From Antedon mediterranea (taxonomy: Eukaryota; Animalia; Echinodermata): a DNA stretch of 64,000 nucleotides. The notes under the pieces are model-generated. The model searched no databases. It had not been told where the DNA came from and saw only the letters and a list, made by a program, of their open reading frames with translations. Positions 44,901 to 55,537 of this stretch are shown piece by piece (the stretch's first letter is position 1; each line of letters opens with the position of its first letter). Both the position numbers and the translations under genes were made by a program. The DNA is taken from positions 23,904,912 through 23,968,911 of the forward strand of contig NC_092675.1 in assembly GCF_964355755.1 (NCBI RefSeq). The letters run 5' to 3'.

Positions 44901-47900
44901 CAAAAACGGTGGCAGGATACAAAAACGGTGGCAGGGTACAAAAACGGTGGCAGGGTACAAAAACGGTGGCAGGGTACAAAAACGATGGCAGGGTACAAAA
45001 ACGATGGCAGTTGGGTACAAAAACAGTCGCAGGGTACAAAAACGGTGGCAGGGTACAAAAAAGTGGCAGGGTACAAAAACGGTGGCAGTACAAAATCGAT
45101 GGCAGCTGGGTACAAAAACGGTGGCAGGGTACAAAAACGATGGCAGATGGGTACAAAAACAGTGGCAAGGTACAAAAATAGTGGCAGGGTACAAAAACGG
45201 TGACATGGTACAAAAACGGTATCAGGGTACAAAAACAGAGACAGGGTATGACAAGCAGTGGTCTATGGTACAAAAACTTGTGTTGTATACAAAGTGTCTG
45301 GGAAAAAAGACGATGACAGTGGTACAAAAACGGTGGCAGGGATACAAAAACGGTGGCAGGATAAAAAAAACGGTGGGAGGGTACAAAAACAGTCGCAGGG
45401 TACAAAAACGGTGGCAGGGTATAAAAACAGTGGCAGGGTACAAAAACAGTGGCAGGGTACAAACACGATGGCAGCTGGGTACAAAAACTGGGGCATGGTA
45501 CAAAAACAGTAGCAGGGTACAAAAACGGTGGCAGGGTACAAAAACAGTAGCAGGGAACAAAAACGGTGTCAGGGTACAAAACAATGATCTAGGATACAAA
45601 AACTTGTGTTGTATACAAAGTTTCTGTGAAAAAATAAGATTGCAGGGATACAAAAACGGTGGCAGGGATACAAAACAGTGGCAGGGTACACAAAATTGTG
45701 TTGTACTAAAACAGTGGCAGGGTAAAAAACATACACACTTATTTGTAGCATTTTACGAAAAAAAGTATCAGAGTATTCATCAACAGAGCTAAACAAATGA
45801 AGGAAAGGGTCAGAACATGTGACTCTGGCAGATAACAGATAACATTACTTTTCAAGAGTGATAAGAAAAAAGGAAACATATTATATTCAATTTGTTAACC
45901 TAAATATATCTTTCATTTTTAATTTAAGATAATTATTTACATGATGATAAAACTTTTGAATGTGTATTAATTTAAATTGGTTATCATCACTTGGCGTTTA
46001 TTTTTGTTTATATGTTTATTTTAGGGTTCTTTCATAGGTCAATCATTTTTTTCCATTAAAACTTAAAAATTGGCTATTTGTAGTTTATTGTATTAATCTT
46101 TATGGTTTATTTTACATCATTTATATCTCAATGTATATTGCATTATTGTTCTTATCTTTGATTAAATATTAATATTATGTACTGTAGTAGGCCTATACAC
46201 ATTTTTAAAAATGCTCAACAAAGTCTCAAACCACATAAAATCTAAAAGTTGAAACTGAATATTTAATGGCCCATGAGAATTCTAGGTAGCCTGCGCAAAG
46301 GTCATCGAGGCCAAACTTAAGAGAATGACTCAAGCTCTTCCATGCGAATCATCTCAGGTTAGACCAACCTCCAGTGGGCAGGACTTGTAGTTAGAACTTG
46401 TGGCTCAAATGACACTCCAGGGCAATAAAATCACAATAACTTACAAAGCACTGACAGTAATTGCTTGTCAAAACCAAATTGCCTAACCGTAACGCTAACG
46501 TAGCCTGGTCCGCGTAATGTGCTGTATTGGGGTGGTGTACAATTCCATTGTAGCAGTCTTATGAATACAAAATAGCAAATTTGAAAAAAAAAATGGGAGG
46601 AATCTGTTTCAGAGGATATCGAGGAAAAAAATTACATTCAATAAACTGTAGATTAATCCCTTGACATCCGCCCTATAATGCGCAAAATGTTTGAGCTTGT
46701 ATAATCTTCACTGGCAAGACATCTTGTAATGAAAATGTTTATTACATAGCCCAGGACCGTACATGATATTATGATTGATTTGATATTTAAATTTAATATT
46801 TTATTTAAAACAACAATATTTAAAGTGTGCTGGGAGACAATAAACTGAAAGCATGTTATGAGTGGAAAGAGAAGTACAATACTTACAGGGCATTTGTTGG
46901 CTGTGCGTCTACCTGCTAAAACACATAGCATTCCAGCACACAAAATTATCTGAAACACAAGACAAAAAGGTGTAAAACTGTCATTTCATTTCAAATGTCA
47001 TTTCAACATTAATACTCAGTATTAAATCTAGCAATCTGAGGGTAATAAAGTAGGGATGTCCCATGAATAAGGTCATGAATGATGACCTGTACACATGTAG
47101 TACAATTAAACATTATAATCAGTTTTAAAAACATTTGACTTTTGATTTAAACCAATGTTATAACAGTATATTATGTAAACCCTTGCTGATTATGAGCTTA
47201 TCATAGAAATGGGCGCCATGTACAGTAGGTCGTGTAAAATGTTAATATTAGAGAGGTTTTGCAATCTTACGAATACGATAACGAAAACTGATACGTCACG
47301 CACACGTATTCGTTTTCGTAAGCCATAAAAAAATCTGTTTCGCATGGCAACGAAATATTGAGGCGCGTCCAAAATATGACTGCGGTAAATTTGAGCGAAG
47401 CGCGGGTATGTGTTGCTTGGTGCTTGGCTGCCTAGGCCTAGCGTAACATCAAAGCGAGTGAGGACTTTAAATAAACTGCTATTTATCAAAATTGACTTGG
47501 CATTTTAGTAAATTACTTTAGTAAATTACTTTCAATAAATCTATAATTTTATTATAATCATTAATCATTCCTGATTCAAATGCAAAATGTGCAAAATAGA
47601 TCAAAAACTATACTCGTTTTGTAGTTACGAATATGACTGGTGATATTCGTCAACACGAATACGCTTTACGAATATGAAATGGGGATCAGCTCAAAAGTTT
47701 CACAAATGCATGACGTATCCGTTTTCGTTATCGTATTCGTAAGGTTGCGAAACCTCCCTATTATGCTGTTTATAAATGTTGTACCCACAGCCAAATGTTT
47801 AATGGGCCAAGAAGTAGTAGCATAATTTTAATAATTTAAAGTAAGTAGGCCTAAAGTAATAGATTTATAAATTTGTTGGAATGGAGGTAATTCAACTCAT

Positions 47901-49277
47901 ATTCTCTCTATTCAACTAATAAACAATCACCCTTTGTTATTTAAACCAACAATGACAACTTTTTCAAAGAAATGGAATGGAAAAGGAAGTCAAATATAAA
48001 ATTTCAAACATCCTAAATTAAGGTACATAAATGGACATATGATGATGTCATATCACTACCATATTTGGGCATATCACTACCATATTTAAGCACATCACAC
48101 TTTTTTGTCAAATAAAGTTTGATAGTGTAGACCATGGATGTTTTCCTCCACTTAAATATGTGAGATTGATATTTAAATAAAAGAAGTTGCTTTATCATGA
48201 TTTTCAGTCATAGTTCACCATTGTTGACACAAAGTACACTGTGTGTTTATTTGAATACACTGTAAAAAATGTGGTATTAAATTTCTAGCTTGGTGCAGGG
48301 TTCTCCTCGGTTGTAATCATGCCTGATGTCTGGATTTATTCTCAGCTCAAACCAAGACTTTGTTTAAAACTATATTGATTGATATTGATTTATTTTTTTA
48401 TATTCAAAATAAAGAACAACGCAGGAAGAATACAAACCTAATATGAATACATGATTTTAATCATGTATTCATACTACTGTACGTTGTATTAAAAGTGAGG
48501 AAAATATGATTGTGTACAGTAGTATACACATGTGTTTATATTTTGTCTGTGAATATTAGCTGGGGTAGGTTTAGGGTTAGAGGTTTCGTGGACGGCTAAT
48601 GTGGTGAAATATCGGTGGAATGCCTTAATAGTAATCGTAAAACTTCAAAATGTGGGTGTTCCAGCCCAACTCTGACCACCAACATTACTTCCATGATACA
48701 GTAACAGTAAACAAATTTGCCATTGGCAAATCTTTTGCAATGTACCTAAACTTTGCACTGCAATGCACCTAACAAAAGGTATTGTCCCCTGCAAAAATAA
48801 TAATAATAATAAAATGGTTATATTTTGTTGTTGCATATACCACTTTGATGTACTAGTTATTCACTGTAACCATGGAGAAACATATTACAAATTCAATTTA
48901 TTTTTATTATTTGTCCAAGAAAAATAAAATGTTTGGTTTAATTTAACCAATACAGTAATTTGTATTGTTATTTAGTGAAATTATTGGGGTTACTACAAGT
49001 GAATAATTAAAACTAATCTCATTTTACTCATCTTTATTTTTCAATCATGTTTTGGGGGACAATACATGGTTAATCCTACACTAAAATAACTTACTGCTCC
49101 AGACCATAATGGATTGCCTCCGTAAGCGTAATAGACTGTTGGCAAAGAAACTGCAACAATGCCAAAAATGATAGTTAATCCAGCTGATACTGACAGCAAA
49201 GTTCCTACAACAACTTGTCCTTTCTTGGAGCATGTGCGACGAGGTTGAAGATTGCCTTGGGCAACCGTTGAAGACAT
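35713..49277 (-). CDS. MS4A/CD20-like four-TM protein, paralog A (~295 aa, 6 coding exons)
   Basis: Exons 49277-49095, 46949-46887, 37735-37559, 37278-37156, 36422-36356 and 35987-35713 splice in frame with GT-AG. Four hydrophobic segments, G-x-P-L-W-S-G-A motif at the TM2 start, Cys pair in loop 2, P/Q/Y tail. Confidence 0.82.
36356..36422 (-). CDS. MS4A-like A coding exon 5
   Basis: VMYSSGQPVVVHTGGYVQPMGP; phase 0-1. Confidence 0.8.
36857..37078. repeat. 48-bp minisatellite x ~4.5
   Basis: AGCCACTGATACCCACAGCATTGTCATTTTGTATCTCCATTGAGATCC units. Confidence 0.9.
37156..37278 (-). CDS. MS4A-like A coding exon 4
   Basis: NVEIAIDAVLIVLGILEFAFSIAAVCVLSPDLCCPPRSNQH|gtaagt. Confidence 0.85.
37559..37735 (-). 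CDS. MS4A-like A coding exon 3
   Basis: AVGGLVMSIISILFSIDQILWMSVAAAREEGYNEHCTYYHHYYNNYYGSYYPDYTTYDC. Confidence 0.85.
39462..39665 (+). pseudogene. Degraded protein-kinase-like fragment (subdomains VIb-VIII)
   Basis: After a polypyrimidine-cag acceptor: GNNVV, then (frameshifted) IPVTIDYGKAF...KLSSEEKIRWKKCFPWTAPEVIS; DYG resembles DFG and APE is in the same frame. Confidence 0.55.
39727..39900 (+). repeat. 5' LTR
   Basis: TGTAGT...ACGACA, direct repeat of 42729-42902. Confidence 0.95.
39902..39919 (+). promoter_or_regulatory. Primer binding site (tRNA-Ser(GCU) type)
   Basis: TGGCGACGAGGATGGGAT begins 1 nt after the 5' LTR and is complementary to the 3' end of eukaryotic tRNA-Ser(GCU) (..AUCCCAUCCUCGUCGCCA). 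Confidence 0.85.
40084..40950 (+). CDS. gag: Gag (capsid-like + two CCHC zinc knuckles)
   Basis: YVDRLEQYF...LRDQFVCGL; CDRCGMNNHTRDTC and CFKCNKQGHLKSEC; the stop arises just after the deletion junction. Confidence 0.9.
   Translation: MAAANTRILFEEFNVQDGDIDTYVDRLEQYFVALDINDGGKKRAILLSSLGETGYTTIRDLCFPDKPSTKSYDTLTTKLKEHYKPTRITISERFIFRNVKQTRGQTISQFVSHLKKKAIHCGFEGEALENALRDQFVCGLISQSIQKKLLTKNHTFKEATDIAIASEAATANMKSMSHDVDKPINHVTSNSRKSTKTYQASKQTRTQKCDRCGMNNHTRDTCKYKNATCFKCNKQGHLKSECRQSSKSTKQYKPKSIKQVEAPDYDEGNDDFVDTMFCVGIKQDLNAF
40935..42485 (+). CDS. pol: Pol remnant: RNase H C-terminal tail + complete integrase
   Basis: LERILGPKSAIPTLAAQRLQRWA...NVIADALSRLP, HHCC zinc finger (LHCAHPG..CQAC), DDE core (HIDY, SDNG, NGAAER). 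No stops; first in-frame ATG at 41088. Confidence 0.9.
   Translation, partial: LERILGPKSAIPTLAAQRLQRWAIVLSAFEYDLKFIPGKQNVIADALSRLPMPYEGREDDAVYNIAGHTLDNLPVTSTNVQQHTRKDPLLSKVLYMVQTGLWQSENDDDLKPFLHRRDELSVEQDCLLWGYRVVIPPKLRGAVLEELHCAHPGIVRMKEIARSHVWWPQIDSDIERLVKQCQACHQTQSRPSVAPMMPWIWPNQPWTRIHIDYAQKDKRDYLVVVDSYSKWPEVVQMNSTTSAATIKAMRELFSRYGLPVQLVSDNGPQFVSDEFEFFLKQNGVKHVKVAPYHAASNGAAERMVQSFKRSLAASRANGKDFQQCLDRFLLSYRTTKHATTGQTTPAKLFMGRELRTRVSLLHPSTENKVLNKQSDQKLHHDKTKDLREFYPGEMVLVKDFRQEGKWWPGTVIERTAPKSYVISVEDGRVWKRHIDQLKATDADAYASKTPTLHSELEHKIKQTVPITIASETIANKEQTSTNQPVEEEHRLSSSPEVIPRRSTRLRRKPTRLIEEI
42729..42902 (+). repeat. 3' LTR
   Basis: Preceded by polypurine tract AAGAAAGGAGGAG (42716-42728). Confidence 0.95.
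43836..45725. repeat. ~19-bp satellite (GGGTACAAAAACGGTGGCA)n, interrupted at ~44523-44693
   Basis: Dozens of 19/22-bp units; source of the many overlapping spurious ORFs. Confidence 0.95.
46887..46949 (-). CDS. MS4A-like A coding exon 2
   Basis: IILCAGMLCVLAGRRTANKCP; cag/gtaagt. Confidence 0.85.
47250..47759. mobile_element. MITE with ~50-bp TIRs
   Basis: AGAGAGGTTTTGCAATCTTACGAATACGATAACGAAAAC.. vs ..GTTTTCGTTATCGTATTCGTAAGGTTGCGAAACCTCCCT; ATT on both flanks. Confidence 0.8.
48022..48133. mobile_element. MITE family GTCTACACTATCAAAC, partial copy
   Basis: Internal units plus right TIR GTTTGATAGTGTAGAC. Confidence 0.7.
49095..49277 (-). CDS. MS4A-like A coding exon 1
   Basis: MSSTVAQGNLQPRRTCSKKGQVVVGTLLSVSAGLTIIFGIVAVSLPTVYYAYGGNPLWSGA|gtaagt. 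Confidence 0.85.
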
Positions 49278-50710
49278 TTCTTATTGTATTTGCAACAAAG
49301 ATGAAACAAAATCTGAAAGTTAAAAAACAGTCTAACAGTAATACCCCTTTTACATCAAACTCAGTGTTCATACTACTGTATAGGCCTACTCCGGAGGAAC
49401 TCCGAAGAAACTTTAGGCTGGTGACTGCACCACTCACACTGATGAAAAACTCAGGGGGGACTCCATTCACATCGACCTACTATAGCAACTCAGAGGTTTG
49501 AAGTAAAATTGTAACATTATGAAAAGATTATTATTTATTTATAGAAAACTAAACAATATCCTAGAGTAAATCACACCTTTTATCGATTTTTTAGGATGCG
49601 AAAAGAAAACTCTTCTTCTTCTTAGACCCATTCCCTACAATTTGTGACGTTTCATAAAAAAAATGCATATATATTACTTTAAAAACATTAAACCAGGTCA
49701 TTCCTTGTCTTAAATGTACGTTTCATGGGTAATTATGATAAAAAGAGAGAAACAATGCACTACCTAAGTAGCTTGTGGTGAATGTCCTCTCGTGGACAGT
49801 CTGTTTTTTCCAGAATCCGTTGATACAAATTGGGGGAAACTTGGTATTTTCGCTGAAAATTTAGGAGTCTTCCATTTGTTTTGACCTCACGGTCGATCGA
49901 AAAGTGGGTGAATTACAGAAGAAAAACGAAAATATCAATCTGCGCGCATGTTAAAATTATTAGAATCAACTTATTTTTCACATTTTTAACTGTTTAAAGA
50001 CGAAAAAAATTATCTCAATAGGACCATAAATAGTATTTATACATTAAATGTAGTTTGTGACTTTAAATTAGATCTAAAAAACATGTGTGAATGTGATGTC
50101 TGGTGATGTAATTTATTTAAACATTAGGCCTAAATGATTATGAATCTTAACCGAAATTATTCAGATTGGTTTACCAGCTGCATGCACTAAGCAGAAGTAA
50201 TATTAATAATTAATAAAATCATTGATTGGTCTGCTGTCACACCAAAATCAGTCTGTAAACCATTTATGGCTGCCAAAATCATTTATGACAGGCAAAACAA
50301 TCGGAAAAGGCAGTTGGAAGGACTGTTTTTGGCCCCCAAATATGGTCCAGTCTTACAACTATATGGTGAACAAAATTTGTCATAACGTAACATTAAAAAA
50401 GGGCCGAAAATAGCCATTATTACTCATTGACATTAGTTAGTTCAGAATCATAGGCATTTATATTGAAAATGACAGACAGGGTTTTATTTATAATTTTAAT
50501 ATTACAAATTCAGCCTGTTTTTCTAATGTCCTATTAGCCTATACTAGTAGTAATTTAAGTATACAAATGAAGCTTAGTTTAGAGTAGGCTAGTATGGATG
50601 GGCCTAACTAGGCTAGGCCTCTAGTCTAGGTGGTAGGCCCGGCCCTACTACTACTACTCTAGCCGGTTTACCCTCTCTCTCTCTCTCTCTCTATTCTAGC
50701 CTAGGCCTAG

Positions 50711-53700
50711 GAATACAGGTCAACCCGTACCCATGCCAACTCGTACCCACCAACTCGTACCCAAAGTTTGGCTTACTCGTACCCAAAATTTTGGCTGACC
50801 CGTACCCATCATTGGCTGACCCGTACCCATCATTGGCTAGCCCGTACCCAAGTTTAATGCTATTTAAAGTATATTTATATTACATTTAAACCCAGTTTTA
50901 TTAAATTTTTAGATACCAATCATATGTTCGATATTATAATGGCAAAAACTATTGACCTAAAAAGTATAATAATATGTACAGACTCGTACGAAAAAAGCAC
51001 AGCTTTCATCGTATTGCGTACGTCGTATTTGGTCAAGTTAATACTTGAGGGCGCTGTTTTATATGGCTCTGTACTGTGGAAGATGTCAGTGGTCGGCTGT
51101 GCTGCATTCTATTTTTTTTCATTTATGAGTTATTCATCTATTATTTTCTACAAATAGTAGTACACGGAAATTGAAATACCCACTAGTCTGTGATGATGAA
51201 AACTTGAATTATTAAAAGTAAACATGAATATCTTTTATACATAATTTGTATTTTCATTTTATTTTACAGATAATGAAGTAATGTGCTTTTTGAAAATCGT
51301 TTTAAAACGAATGTTTTTTGTTGTTTTGTTTTGCAAGTCTTGGAAATTATTAAACTGTTTTAACATTTCGAAAATATTTAATACATTTTTAAGTAGTCAC
51401 TCGTATTTTAAAATCACGAAACTATTTAAGTGGATACCAGCCTCATTGCTGCTATGAGCATCTTAGTAGTAGATTAGATTATTGCCGTTTATCTAGTATA
51501 CAATGACGGATGTGAGAGTAATAATAAAAGGTAACCTCCCAATAATTTAACATTTAATTACAAACGACGACATTTGCTGTTATTACGTTTTCATTTTATA
51601 ATGATTATTACTGTAGCTTATTATTATGACTAAAAACCGAAATAAATACTACAAACTTAAAAAAATCATCTTATCGCTGACAGATACGTAAGTACTCAGA
51701 CACGTGTAGGTAGGCCTTCAGAACGTTTATATTATTTTAGTAAATAACGACATCCGTTGCCATGGAAAAACGATCGTAGTTCATTCATTTGTCTTATTTG
51801 ACACATAGAATGCGTATTTTTTTTTAAAAAGGGAATCCCTCGTCAGCAAAAACACGTAGCTGTAAGTTATTGAGGAAACATTTACCAAAAATGTTTAATT
51901 ACCGTAAACAAACAGATAATTTTACTGAATTATTTCAGAAAAAAAATAAATAGAAAACGATCATACGCCACATTGCGTTGTCTATTTTTGGACACAATAC
52001 AAATGGACCCGTACAAATGCGTTTTTTTTAAATATTAAAGAGGAATCCCCATTCAGCAAAAACACGTACGTAGCTGTTATAGAAGAAAATCTGCCAAAAT
52101 GTTTAATAATTGCCTTACAGTACGACAGTACGTGTATATGATCATTTCACTGAATTATTAATAAATAAAATATATGGAAAACGATCATACGTCATTACTG
52201 AGTCGTCTCTTTGACGCCGGCCCTATAAATGCGTGTTTTTTGTAATAAAAGGTTAATCCCGGTCAGCAAAAACACGTAACACGAAATCTACGAGTAATTC
52301 GACCCCATAGCCCCCTGCAGGCTTTTTGCTTAAAACAGGGCGTTGTTAATTCAACCAATTTTGAACATACAAATACAATAGAAATAATAATTACTTGATC
52401 GAATGCAATCAGGGAAGATAATTAGAATAAAATAAAAGAATAAAAATTGATAAGTATAAAATTATACGTTGTTGGTACTTTACCTGGGCTTAATTGAATT
52501 GTAATACTAACTATACAACAGTTAAAATATTTTTTTATTAATTAATTTTCTCTTACGTAAATAAAAAAGACACATCAAACATACGTTTATAAAACTATAA
52601 TACTACATTTAAATAAATGTTAACAAATATATGCCTAATTAAACGAAGTCTACAATCAAATCAATGGTCATTAATTTTTTTATTAGCACACATTTCACCG
52701 AGACCTGTAAAATAAAAAAACAATTTAAATATAAAAATATTCATACGGCAAAAGCATCCGTTTTGCGCCGATCAAATCATTACAAGTAATTATTCAAATT
52801 GGGTACGAGTAGGCCAAATAATGGGTACGAGTAAGCCAAAAATGGGTACGGGTAAGCCAAATAATGGGTACGAGAAAGCCAAATAATGGGTACGAGTAAG
52901 CCAAATACTTGGGTACGAGTAAGCCAAATATTTAGGTACGAGTTGGCATGGGTACGGGTTGGTTTGGGTACGGGTTAGCCAAAGTGGGTACGAGTTGACC
53001 AATTATTTGGGTACGGGTTAGCCAAGTTGGGTACGAGTTGGCATGGGTACGGGTTGGTTTGGGTACGGGTTGACCAGCACCCAGGCCACAGGTCAACCCG
53101 TACCCATGCCAACTCGTACCCACCAACTCGTACCCAAAGTTTGGCTTACTCGTACCCAAAATTTTGGCTGACCCGTACCCATCATTGGCTGACCCGTACC
53201 CATCATTGGCTAGCCCGTACCCAAGTTTAATGCTATTTAAAGTATATTTATATTACATTTAAACCCAGTTTTATTAAATTTTTAGATACCAATCATATGT
53301 TCGATATTATAATGGCAAAAACTATTGACCTAAAAAGTATAATAATATGTACAGACTCGTACGAAAAAAGCACAGCTTTCATCGTATTGCGTACGTCGTA
53401 TTTGGTCAAGTTAATACTTGAGGGCGCTGTTTTATATGGCTCTGTACTGTGGAAGATGTCAGTGGTCGGCTGTGCTGCATTCTATTTTTTTTCATTTATG
53501 AGTTATTCATCTATTATTTTCTACAAATAGTAGTACACGGAAATTGAAATACCCACTAGTCTGTGATGATGAAAACTTGAATTATTAAAAGTAAACATGA
53601 ATATCTTTTATACATAATTTGTATTTTCATTTTATTTTACAGATAATGAAGTAATGTGCTTTTTGAAAATCGTTTTAAAACGAATGTTTTTTGTTGTTTT

Positions 53701-55460
53701 GTTTTGCAAGTCTTGGAAATTATTAAACTGTTTTAACATTTCGAAAATATTTAATACATTTTTAAGTAGTCACTCGTATTTTAAAATCACGAAACTATTT
53801 AAGTGGATACCAGCCTCATTGCTGCTATGAGCATCTTAGTAGTAGATTAGATTATTGCCGTTTATCTAGTATACAATGACGGATGTGAGAGTAATAATAA
53901 AAGGTAACCTCCCAATAATTTAACATTTAATTACAAACGACGACATTTGCTGTTATTACGTTTTCATTTTATAATGATTATTACTGTAGCTTATTATTAT
54001 GACTAAAAACCGAAATAAATACTACAAACTTAAAAAAATCATCTTATCGCTGACAGATACGTAAGTACTCAGACACGTGTAGGTAGGCCTTCAGAACGTT
54101 TATATTATTTTAGTAAATAACGACATCCGTTGCCATGGAAAAACGATCGTAGTTCATTCATTTGTCTTATTTGACACATAGAATGCGTATTTTTTTTTAA
54201 AAAGGGAATCCCTCGTCAGCAAAAACACGTAGCTGTAAGTTATTGAGGAAACATTTACCAAAAATGTTTAATTACCGTAAACAAACAGATAATTTTACTG
54301 AATTATTTCAGAAAAAAAATAAATAGAAAACGATCATACGCCACATTGCGTTGTCTATTTTTGGACACAATACAAATGGACCCGTACAAATGCGTTTTTT
54401 TTAAATATTAAAGAGGAATCCCCATTCAGCAAAAACACGTACGTAGCTGTTATAGAAGAAAATCTGCCAAAATGTTTAATAATTGCCTTACAGTACGACA
54501 GTACGTGTATATGATCATTTCACTGAATTATTAATAAATAAAATATATGGAAAACGATCATACGTCATTACTGAGTCGTCTCTTTGACGCCGGCCCTATA
54601 AATGCGTGTTTTTTGTAATAAAAGGTTAATCCCGGTCAGCAAAAACACGTAACACGAAATCTACGAGTAATTCGACCCCATAGCCCCCTGCAGGCTTTTT
54701 GCTTAAAACAGGGCGTTGTTAATTCAACCAATTTTGAACATACAAATACAATAGAAATAATAATTACTTGATCGAATGCAATCAGGGAAGATAATTAGAA
54801 TAAAATAAAAGAATAAAAATTGATAAGTATAAAATTATACGTTGTTGGTACTTTACCTGGGCTTAATTGAATTGTAATACTAACTATACAACAGTTAAAA
54901 TATTTTTTTATTAATTAATTTTCTCTTACGTAAATAAAAAAGACACATCAAACATACGTTTATAAAACTATAATACTACATTTAAATAAATGTTAACAAA
55001 TATATGCCTAATTAAACGAAGTCTACAATCAAATCAATGGTCATTAATTTTTTTATTAGCACACATTTCACCGAGACCTGTAAAATAAAAAAACAATTTA
55101 AATATAAAAATATTCATACGGCAAAAGCATCCGTTTTGCGCCGATCAAATCATTACAAGTAATTATTCAAATTGGGTACGAGTAGGCCAAATAATGGGTA
55201 CGAGTAAGCCAAAAATGGGTACGGGTAAGCCAAATAATGGGTACGAGAAAGCCAAATAATGGGTACGAGTAAGCCAAATACTTGGGTACGAGTAAGCCAA
55301 ATATTTAGGTACGAGTTGGCATGGGTACGGGTTGGTTTGGGTACGGGTTAGCCAAAGTGGGTACGAGTTGACCAATTATTTGGGTACGGGTTAGCCAAGT
55401 TGGGTACGAGTTGGCATGGGTACGGGTTGGTTTGGGTACGGGTTGACCAGCACCCAGGCC
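50711..55460. mobile_element. Foldback/MITE-like TIR element present as a head-to-tail tandem duplicate (2373-bp unit)
   Basis: 50715-53087 and 53088-55460 look identical. Ends are made of inverted arrays (..CTCGTACCC.. / ..GGGTACGAG..) starting GGTCAACC and ending GGTTGACC; AGGCCTAG on both outer flanks; three internal ~200-bp repeats (~51760-52280). Confidence 0.85.
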
Positions 55461-55537
55461 TAGGCCTAGATCCCGCCTAGATCGAGTAGGCCTAGCCTAG
55501 CTAGCCTAGTAGGATTGTTAATATTATAAAGCCTTAC

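Noticed and set aside
43836-45725. CRISPR-like appearance of repeat arrays (also 25020-25264, 36857-37078, 52800-53220)
   Set aside because: Units are contiguous with no unique spacers, there are no cas genes, and the context is eukaryotic.
43785-45796. Many long overlapping ORFs (to 301 aa) on both strands
   Set aside because: They are translations of a stop-poor 19-bp satellite, open in most frames, with no splice or codon evidence.
50924-51157. 77-aa ORF duplicated at 53297-53530
   Set aside because: Identical only because of the tandem duplication; no recognisable domain or transposase motif.
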